From assembly GCF_000186885.1 (NCBI RefSeq), contig NC_014972.1, positions 2,010,001 through 2,042,000 of the forward strand: 32,000 bases of DNA, in the 5' to 3' direction. Under the pieces are notes generated by a model. That model saw nothing but the letters and a program-made list of their open reading frames with translations, had not been told where the DNA came from and made no database searches. The translations under genes and the position numbers were made by a program. The DNA is from Desulfobulbus propionicus DSM 2032 (GTDB taxonomy: Bacteria; Desulfobacterota; Desulfobulbia; Desulfobulbales; Desulfobulbaceae). Of the stretch, positions 7,794-14,486 are shown one piece after another. Each line of letters opens with the position of its first letter. Within the stretch, counting starts at the first letter, position 1.

Positions 7794-8048
7794 ATGAACG
7801 AAAACATGGAAGAAAAGCATCGCAAAATCGTCCGGGTCGAGGCCCCCAACTGCGCCTGCGGCTGCGTCGGCCACATGACCGCCGACGAGCTCAAGCAACG
7901 AGCGGCCAATGACGACATGGACCTCTCCTGTCCGATCTGCGGCCTGATCCACCTCAGCCGCGAAGAGATCGACGACCTGGAGAAGCAGAAAGTGGTCAAC
8001 TCGAAACGGTACCGGGAAATCCAGCGTCAAGCCGAATCCGTGGGATGA
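7794..8048 (+). CDS. Small Cys-rich hypothetical protein (84 aa; CxCxC...CPxC, acidic/helical C-terminus)
   Basis: The ORF track has 7752-8048. I prefer ATG 7794 (or 7806) because the 7764-7781 hairpin lies upstream of it. Codons are GC3-rich. The sequence is ...VEAPNCACGCVGHMTADELKQRAANDDMDLSCPICGLIHLSREEIDDLEKQK.... I do not recognise a family. No clear RBS. Confidence 0.55.
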   Translation: MNENMEEKHRKIVRVEAPNCACGCVGHMTADELKQRAANDDMDLSCPICGLIHLSREEIDDLEKQKVVNSKRYREIQRQAESVG

Positions 8049-8225
8049 CGACGCGGCGGTTGCCCACTATCCGGCACGCAGAGCAGGCTATGCCAGTTGG
8101 GCAAGATGTTCACAAAAGAAAAAAGATGGTGCAAAAGACTGCTTGCTGCTAGACTGCTTTTTGTGGTCGAAGCCGGCATTTGATCCATTCCCCGCAAGGG
8201 ATCTTCCACCCGTTCACGAATCAGC

Positions 8226-10547
8226 ATGTCCCAGGCCATCCAATCTTCCTCCCCTCTGACCGGCGCGTTGCGGATCTCTATCCACGGAATCGTGCAGGGG
8301 GTCGGTTTCCGCCCTTTTGTCTACCGATTGGCCCATCAGCTCGGCCTGGACGGATCGGTGGTCAACAACGGCGAAGGAGTGGCCATTCATGTGGGCGGAC
8401 CGTTGCCGCTTCTCGAACAGTTTGTGCAATCCCTGCGGGAGCAGGCGCCGCCAATGGCCCGGATCGTGTCCCTTGACGCGCGGCCGACCGACCGCCCCCC
8501 CGCACCGGGCGCGTTTCGCATTCTGCCCAGCCAGCAGGGGGGCCGGCCGAACACCCAGATCGCGCCGGACATCGCGGTGTGCGACGATTGCCTGGCCGAG
8601 TTGTTCGACCCCGGCAACCGCAGGTTCCGCTATCCGTTCATCAACTGCACCAACTGCGGCCCACGGTTTTCCATTGTCGAGCGCATCCCCTACGACCGGC
8701 CCAACACCTCGATGCGCGTTTTTCCGCTGTGCGCCGACTGCGCCCGCGAATACACGGATCCGCTGGACCGTCGTTTTCATGCCCAGCCCAATGCCTGCCC
8801 GGTCTGCGGACCGCAGCTGAGCTGGCATGACCGCGAAGGACGCGGGCTGCCGGGGGACTGCCTCGCCTTGGCCGCCCGTGCCTTGGCCGAGGGCGGGGTG
8901 GTGGCCATCAAGGGGTTGGGCGGCTTTCATCTGGCCGTGGACGGTTGTTCGGAGGAGGCGGTGGCCCTGCTGCGGACCCGAAAGAACCGGCCCGCCAAAC
9001 CGCTGGCGATCATGATCCGGGATCTGGAGACGGCCGAACGTTTTGCCTGGCTGTCCGAGCAAGACAAGGCTCTACTGACCTCGCCGGAACACCCGATTGT
9101 GCTCATGGACCGCAGGAGCGGCAGCCCGTTGGCCGAAGGGGTGGCTCCGGGACTGGGGGCGATCGGTCTGATGCTGCCCTACACGCCGCTGCACCACCTG
9201 CTGCTCGACCAGCCCGGAATACCCGAAGCCCTGGTGATGACCAGCGGCAACCGCAGCGACGAGCCGATCTGCACCGGCAACGACGAGGCCCTGCGCCGAC
9301 TCCGTGACCTGGCCGACTTCTTTCTCCTCCATAACCGGGAGATCGTCACCCGGGTCGACGATTCGGTGGCCCGGATCATCGATGGCAGATCCCGGCTGCT
9401 GCGGCGGGCCCGCGGCTACTCGCCGGTGCCCCTGCAGCTGCGTCGACCCACCGCCGATATCCTGGCCTGCGGTGGCGAGATGAAGAACAGTTTCTGCATC
9501 GTCCGCCGCAACGAGGCCTATCTCAGCCAGCACATCGGCGAGCTAACTGGAGTGGAACAGTACGATTTTTTTCAGGAAAGCATCGCCCATCTGCAGGCGG
9601 TGCTGGAGGTGACGCCGCCCAACGTGGCCTGCGATCTCCATCCCGACTACCTGAGTTCCCGCTATGCCCACGGTCTGGCCATGCCCTGCCGGGAGGTGCA
9701 GCACCACCATGCCCATATCGGCGCGGTCCTGGCCGAGCAGGGACTCGATGGACCGGTGCTGGGCATCGTCCTTGACGGCACCGGCTACGGCGGCGACGGT
9801 ACCGTGTTTGGCGGCGAGCTCTTCCGGGCCGACCGCGGCGGATTCCTCCGCCTCGGCCGTCTATCCCATCTGCCGCTCCCCGGCGGCGACCGGGCGGCGC
9901 TGGAGCCTTGGCGCATGGCCCTGGCCTTGCTCTATGCGGGTTCGCCCGCGCCCTCGCTCGATCAGCGCCAACTGCCGGCGAGCCTCGCTCCCATCGCCGT
10001 GGACAAGCAGCGACTGCTCTGGCAAATGATGGCCAAGGGGCTGAACTGCCCGCGCACGTCCAGTTGCGGGCGATTGTTCGACGCGGTTGCCGCGCTGCTC
10101 GGGCTTTGTCTGGTCAGTCAGTATGAGGGACAGGCGGCGATGCTGCTCGAACACCACGCCACCTTGGCGACAACGACCACGACGGAACCCGCCTATGCGG
10201 TGACCATCTACGAGGAGGGGAGGGAACAGGTCATCGATTCGGCGCCGCTGGCCGGCTTGCTGCTTCGCGATCTGGCCGACTCGGTGCCGACAGCGGTGAT
10301 CGCCCGTCGTTTCCATCTCTGGTTGGTCGAGGCCCTGATCGAACTGATGCGGCGCGTCCACTCGCAAACCGGCCTCGACCAAGTGGTGCTTGCCGGCGGC
10401 TGCATGCAAAATAAACTCTTGTTTGAAACCCTGGCCGAACGGTTGCGCGAAGCCGCCTTTTCGGTCCATGCCGGCGAACTGGCGCCGATGAACGACGGCG
10501 GCCTTTCCCTGGGTCAGGCCTATCTAGGAGGTTCTCTATGTGTCTAG
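8226..10547 (+). CDS. hypF: Carbamoyltransferase HypF
   Basis: 773 aa. It has an acylphosphatase-like N-terminus (IHGIVQGVGFRPFVYRLA) and paired Zn-finger motifs (CDDCLAE...CTNCGPRFS; CADCAREY...CPVCGPQL). YrdC-like and Kae1-like C-terminal domains are also present. Confidence 0.95.
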   Translation: MSQAIQSSSPLTGALRISIHGIVQGVGFRPFVYRLAHQLGLDGSVVNNGEGVAIHVGGPLPLLEQFVQSLREQAPPMARIVSLDARPTDRPPAPGAFRILPSQQGGRPNTQIAPDIAVCDDCLAELFDPGNRRFRYPFINCTNCGPRFSIVERIPYDRPNTSMRVFPLCADCAREYTDPLDRRFHAQPNACPVCGPQLSWHDREGRGLPGDCLALAARALAEGGVVAIKGLGGFHLAVDGCSEEAVALLRTRKNRPAKPLAIMIRDLETAERFAWLSEQDKALLTSPEHPIVLMDRRSGSPLAEGVAPGLGAIGLMLPYTPLHHLLLDQPGIPEALVMTSGNRSDEPICTGNDEALRRLRDLADFFLLHNREIVTRVDDSVARIIDGRSRLLRRARGYSPVPLQLRRPTADILACGGEMKNSFCIVRRNEAYLSQHIGELTGVEQYDFFQESIAHLQAVLEVTPPNVACDLHPDYLSSRYAHGLAMPCREVQHHHAHIGAVLAEQGLDGPVLGIVLDGTGYGGDGTVFGGELFRADRGGFLRLGRLSHLPLPGGDRAALEPWRMALALLYAGSPAPSLDQRQLPASLAPIAVDKQRLLWQMMAKGLNCPRTSSCGRLFDAVAALLGLCLVSQYEGQAAMLLEHHATLATTTTTEPAYAVTIYEEGREQVIDSAPLAGLLLRDLADSVPTAVIARRFHLWLVEALIELMRRVHSQTGLDQVVLAGGCMQNKLLFETLAERLREAAFSVHAGELAPMNDGGLSLGQAYLGGSLCV

Positions 10548-10816
10548 CCATTCCCATGCAGGTGGTGGCCATTCAAGGCGGCAGCGACGAGCTGCTCGAT
10601 CCCCAGGTCGCCCTGGTGGAAAGCGACGGTATCCGCAAGGAGATCCGGCTGGAGATGGCCGACCGGGTGCCGGCGGTGGGCGAATACGTGATCATCCATG
10701 CCGGTTTCGCCATCCGCACCCTGACTGAGGAGGAGGCGGAGTACAACCTTAGCCTGATGCGGCGGATGGCCGAGGTCCTGGAACAGGAGGGACGCCTGCC
10801 CGGAGCACCCGAATGA
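10538..10816 (+). CDS. hypC: Hydrogenase assembly chaperone HypC/HupF
   Basis: MCLAIPMQV... is the canonical N-terminus with Cys2. 92 aa. The start overlaps the hypF stop and a GGAGG RBS is present. Confidence 0.93.
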   Translation: MCLAIPMQVVAIQGGSDELLDPQVALVESDGIRKEIRLEMADRVPAVGEYVIIHAGFAIRTLTEEEAEYNLSLMRRMAEVLEQEGRLPGAPE

Positions 10817-11934
10817 AGTGCGTGGACGCCTTTCGCAGCCGGGAGATCACCGCGCCGCTGGTGGAGGAAATTGCCCGCGTCTTGACCCGACCGGTGCGGA
10901 TCATGGAAGTCTGCGGCACCCATACCATGTCGATCTTCCGCCATGGAATCCGCTCGCTGCTGCCCGAGGGGATCACCCTGCTTTCCGGCCCGGGGTGCCC
11001 GGTCTGCGTCACCCCGGCCGGCCATATCGATGCCTTCCTCGCCGCCGCCCGCTTGCCCCAGGTGACGATCGCCACCTTCGGCGATCTGATCCGGGTGCCG
11101 GGCAGCGAAGGATCTCTGGCCGAGGCCCGCGCCCAGGGGGCCAGAGTGGAGATCGTCTACTCGCCCATGGATGCGCTGACCCTGGCCCGGCAGCAGCCCG
11201 AGCGGACCGTGCTGTTCGCGGCCATCGGTTTTGAAACCACGGCCCCGACCATTGCCGCCACCATCCTCCAGGCCGAGCGGCTGGGCGTCGACAATTTCCT
11301 CATCATCACCGCCCTCAAGACCATGCCCCAGGCCCTGGAGGCGCTGCTGGCCGACCCGGAGCTGCGCATCGACGGCCTGCTCTGCCCGGGACACGTCAGT
11401 GCCATCATCGGCAGCGACGCCTACCAGCCGTTTGCCGAACGTCATCGCTTGGCCTGCGCGGTGACCGGGTTCGAACCCGCCGACATTCTGGCCGGCCTGC
11501 TCGGTCTGATCCGCCAGATCAGCGAGGAGCAGCCGCGGGTCGACAACTGCTACACCCGGGCGGTGAGCGCGGCTGGCAACATCAAGGCCCAGCGGTTGAT
11601 CGACACGGTGTTCGAGCCGGTCGACAGCGAGTGGCGCGGCCTGGGCCCGATTCCCGGCAGCGGCCTGGCGCTGCGGGACGCCTACCAGCGGTTCGACGCC
11701 ATAAAACGGCTGTCCCTGTGTGTGCCGCCGGCGCACGATCCCAAGGGCTGCCGCTGCGGCGAGATCCTCAAGGGTCGCCTGCTGCCGCCGCAGTGCTCCT
11801 TGTATGGCACGGCCTGCACCCCGCTGCGGCCAATTGGTCCCTGCATGGTATCCAACGAGGGCACCTGTGCCGCCTACTTTCGCTACAGCGGCCACAAGGG
11901 CCGCCAGGACGGGCAAACGACATCTTTTCGTTAA
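10813..11934 (+). CDS. hypD: Hydrogenase formation protein HypD
   Basis: 373 aa, coupled to hypC by ATGA. Motifs are MEVCGTHT, GPGCPVCVT and a C-terminal Cys cluster (CRCGEILKG...CSLYGTACTP..PIGPCMVSNEGTCAAY). Confidence 0.95.
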   Translation: MKCVDAFRSREITAPLVEEIARVLTRPVRIMEVCGTHTMSIFRHGIRSLLPEGITLLSGPGCPVCVTPAGHIDAFLAAARLPQVTIATFGDLIRVPGSEGSLAEARAQGARVEIVYSPMDALTLARQQPERTVLFAAIGFETTAPTIAATILQAERLGVDNFLIITALKTMPQALEALLADPELRIDGLLCPGHVSAIIGSDAYQPFAERHRLACAVTGFEPADILAGLLGLIRQISEEQPRVDNCYTRAVSAAGNIKAQRLIDTVFEPVDSEWRGLGPIPGSGLALRDAYQRFDAIKRLSLCVPPAHDPKGCRCGEILKGRLLPPQCSLYGTACTPLRPIGPCMVSNEGTCAAYFRYSGHKGRQDGQTTSFR

Positions 11935-11952
11935 CTCTGGATCAGGAGATTC

Positions 11953-12969
11953 ATGAAAGCAGACGCCATTATCAGCCTTGACCACGGAAGCGGTGGCTTG
12001 GCCAGTCAGAACCTCATCAGCGGCCTGTTCCTCAAGTATCTGACCTCGCCGCAGCTGCGCGACCTGGAAGACTGCGCCGTGCTCGGCGAATACGCGGGCC
12101 GCATCGCTTTCTCCACCGACAGCTACGTGGTCGATCCGCTCTTCTTTCCCGGCGGCGATATCGGCGCCTTGGCGGTGCATGGGACCATCAACGACCTGGC
12201 CATGCGCGGCGCCCGGCCGATCGCCCTCAGCCTGGCCCTGATCATCGAGGAAGGCTTTCCGGTGACCGATTTGGAACGGATCATCGCCTCGGTGGGCCGC
12301 TGCTCGGAACAGGCCGGGGTGGCGGTGGTCACCGGCGACACCAAGGTGGTGCCGCGAGGCAAGGCGGATGGCCTGTTCATCAACACCACCGGCATCGGCA
12401 TTGCCTCGCATCGCCACGATATTTCCGGCAAGAAAGGGTTGCCCGGCGACGCGGTCATCCTCTCCGGCACCCTGGCCGACCACGGCATCACCATCATGAG
12501 CCGCCAGGCCGGCATCGATATCGGCGGCGACATCGCCAGCGACACCCAGCCCCTGCACCGGCTGGTCGGCGCCGTGCTGGAAGGGGACGCGGGCCTGGTG
12601 CATGTGCTGCGCGACCCGACCCGGGGCGGCCTGGCCACCTCCCTGTGCGAGATTGCCTGGGCCTCAGGAGTCAGCATCACCATCGAGGAAGACCGGCTGC
12701 CGATCCGGCCCGCGGTCAACACCGCCTGTGAGATGATCGGCCTGGACCCCCTCTACCTGGCCAACGAGGGCAAATGCATCATCCTCTGCGACCAGGACGG
12801 TGCCGAGGACATTCTCCAGTTGATCCGCCGCCTGCCCGAGGGCCGGGATGCCGCCCTGATCGGCTGGGTGGGCGAGGGCAGTTCCGGCCGGGTCAGCCTG
12901 ACCACCCGCATCGGCGGCTCGCGCTTGCTCGAACCGCTGACCGGTCAACCGTTGCCGAGGATCTGCTGA
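11953..12969 (+). CDS. hypE: Hydrogenase expression/formation protein HypE
   Basis: 338 aa with an AGGAG RBS. It has an AIR-synthase-like fold and the characteristic C-terminal ...PRIC. Confidence 0.95.
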   Translation: MKADAIISLDHGSGGLASQNLISGLFLKYLTSPQLRDLEDCAVLGEYAGRIAFSTDSYVVDPLFFPGGDIGALAVHGTINDLAMRGARPIALSLALIIEEGFPVTDLERIIASVGRCSEQAGVAVVTGDTKVVPRGKADGLFINTTGIGIASHRHDISGKKGLPGDAVILSGTLADHGITIMSRQAGIDIGGDIASDTQPLHRLVGAVLEGDAGLVHVLRDPTRGGLATSLCEIAWASGVSITIEEDRLPIRPAVNTACEMIGLDPLYLANEGKCIILCDQDGAEDILQLIRRLPEGRDAALIGWVGEGSSGRVSLTTRIGGSRLLEPLTGQPLPRIC

Positions 12970-13003
12970 TGGTCATCAAATTTTTCCAAGGAGATTGAAC
13001 CCG

Positions 13004-13390
13004 ATGCATGAACTGTCACTGGCCCAGAGCCTGCTCGGCCAGCTGCTCGACCTGGCCCGGGAGCATGGGGCCCAGCGGATTACCCGGGTATCGGTCACCA
13101 TCGGTCCCTTTTCCGGGATTGTCCGCGATTCCTTCGAATTTGGCTTCAATACCCTCAAGCTCTCCCAGGAGCTGACCCGCGAGGCCCACCTGGCGGTGGA
13201 AACGCCGGATCCGGTCTATCAGTGTCTGGACTGCGGCAAGGTGTCGGTCATTCCCTTTGCCCTGCCCGGCGACCGGCTGGAATCGCTGCTGTCCAGCCAC
13301 TATCCCAAGAAATGCCCCTGGTGCTGCCTGTCGCGGCTTTCCCCCAAAGGCGGGACCGAACTCATCCTCAACCAAGTAGAAATGGAGTAA
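13004..13390 (+). CDS. hypA: Hydrogenase nickel incorporation protein HypA
   Basis: An AAGGAG RBS lies 8 nt before ATG 13004. The N-terminus is MHELSLAQSLL (the MHE Ni site). The Zn site is CLDCG...CPWCC. The loop between the two Cys pairs is longer than I expect for HypA. Confidence 0.9.
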   Translation: MHELSLAQSLLGQLLDLAREHGAQRITRVSVTIGPFSGIVRDSFEFGFNTLKLSQELTREAHLAVETPDPVYQCLDCGKVSVIPFALPGDRLESLLSSHYPKKCPWCCLSRLSPKGGTELILNQVEME

Positions 13391-13394
13391 GCTC

Positions 13395-14105
13395 ATGTGT
13401 GATACCTGCGGCTGTCAACTGCACGACCATCACCACCACGACAGCAAGGTGGTCGAGGTCAACCGGAGTCTGCTGGAAGCCAATCAGCAGCAGGCCCATG
13501 CCAACCGGCACCATATCGAAGCCATGGGCGCGGTGGCCATCAACCTGATCTCCAGCCCCGGTTCGGGCAAGACTACCCTGCTGGAGCGGACCATCGAGAC
13601 CCTCAAGGGAACCGTCAATATCGGGGTGATCGAGGGCGACATCGAAACCGAACGCGACGCCGACCGTATCCGCGCCAAGGGTGTGCCAGCGGTGCAGCTG
13701 ACCACCGGCGGCGCCTGTCACCTGGACGCGCCCATGGTCCATGGCGGCCTCCATGTGCTCGAACACTTTGGCAAGGGACAGAAATTCGATCTGATCTTCA
13801 TCGAAAACGTTGGCAACCTGGTCTGCCCTGCCACCTTTGACCTGGGCGAACACCAACGGGTGATCCTCTTGTCGGTGCCGGAAGGATCGGACAAGCCGGC
13901 CAAGTATCCGGCCACCTTCCGCAGCGCCGACCTGGTGCTGATCACCAAGACCGACCTGCTGCCCCACTTTGATTTCTCGCTCGACGAGGCCACCCGTGAG
14001 GCCCAGACCCTCAAACCAGGAGTGCCGATCCTGCCCCTTTCGGCCACCAGCGGCGACGGGTTTGATCGCTGGATCGACTATCTTACCCGGTTGCTGCACA
14101 AGTAA
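13395..14105 (+). CDS. hypB: Hydrogenase nickel-incorporation GTPase HypB
   Basis: The N-terminus MCDTCGCQLHDHHHHD carries a CxxCGC site plus a His stretch. The P-loop is SSPGSGKTTLL, followed by a G3E GTPase core. Confidence 0.95.
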   Translation: MCDTCGCQLHDHHHHDSKVVEVNRSLLEANQQQAHANRHHIEAMGAVAINLISSPGSGKTTLLERTIETLKGTVNIGVIEGDIETERDADRIRAKGVPAVQLTTGGACHLDAPMVHGGLHVLEHFGKGQKFDLIFIENVGNLVCPATFDLGEHQRVILLSVPEGSDKPAKYPATFRSADLVLITKTDLLPHFDFSLDEATREAQTLKPGVPILPLSATSGDGFDRWIDYLTRLLHK

Positions 14106-14138
14106 CCCACAGCGGCCTTCCTTCTCCCTCCCTTCCCC

Positions 14139-14168
14139 GCACCATCGGCCGCACCCGGCCGATGGTGC
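14139..14168 (+). terminator. 13-bp perfect hairpin after hypB (GCACCATCGGCCG-CACC-CGGCCGATGGTGC); probable operon-end terminator
   Basis: Perfect inverted repeat read directly, 34 nt after the hypB stop. Only a weak T-tract follows (GCGCGGATTTCC). Confidence 0.5.
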
Positions 14169-14267
14169 GCGCGGATTTCCCCCTTCCCATCCGCAAATTG
14201 ATAACGCAAGATTTCACTAAAGTGCAAACTTGTATTATCATGTGAAAACCTCAAGAAGCAGCACGAC

Positions 14268-14281
14268 GCAACGATCGTTGC
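14268..14281. promoter_or_regulatory. Perfect 14-bp palindrome GCAACGATCGTTGC; candidate activator (UAS) site
   Basis: Read directly. It is centred about 50 bp upstream of the TGGCAC element, with an A/T-rich tract in between. Confidence 0.35.
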
Positions 14282-14323
14282 TTCAATATACTGTTATTCC
14301 GATTTTTTTCTTTCACCCTCGGC

Positions 14324-14339
14324 TGGCACGGCGTTTGAT
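14324..14339 (+). promoter_or_regulatory. Sigma-54-like promoter element TGGCACGGCGTTTGAT
   Basis: It matches TGGCACG-N4-TTGC(A/T) at the -24 element and at TTG of the -12 element. The conserved C of the -12 GC is an A. It lies about 150 nt upstream of the kinase start. Confidence 0.35.
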
Positions 14340-14486
14340 ATTCGTCAGTCGAAAGGAAAGAGGCAGGGACTCCAGGAGGTTTCGACGACGCCATCCGGAC
14401 GGTCACGCGGCCGGGTGTCTTTTGCTGCTCCCCATTGTCCGTCCTGGTTGTCGACGTGACCGCCGACCCGGCAAACCAAAGACCCC

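Noticed and set aside
8049-8225. Regulatory motifs upstream of hypF: direct repeat AGACTGCTT x2 at about 8137-8160, GATCC-N12-GGATC, and a CGGCAC-like -24 element
   Set aside because: The matches are short and weak. No -12 element sits at the right spacing, and no FNR, NikR or Fur consensus is present. The region probably contains an ordinary internal promoter that I cannot place confidently.
13004-13390. HypA with a longer-than-usual loop between the CLDCG and CPWCC zinc motifs
   Set aside because: The insert is real in the sequence. Loop length in HypA varies among lineages, and I cannot show that this one is exceptional without an alignment.
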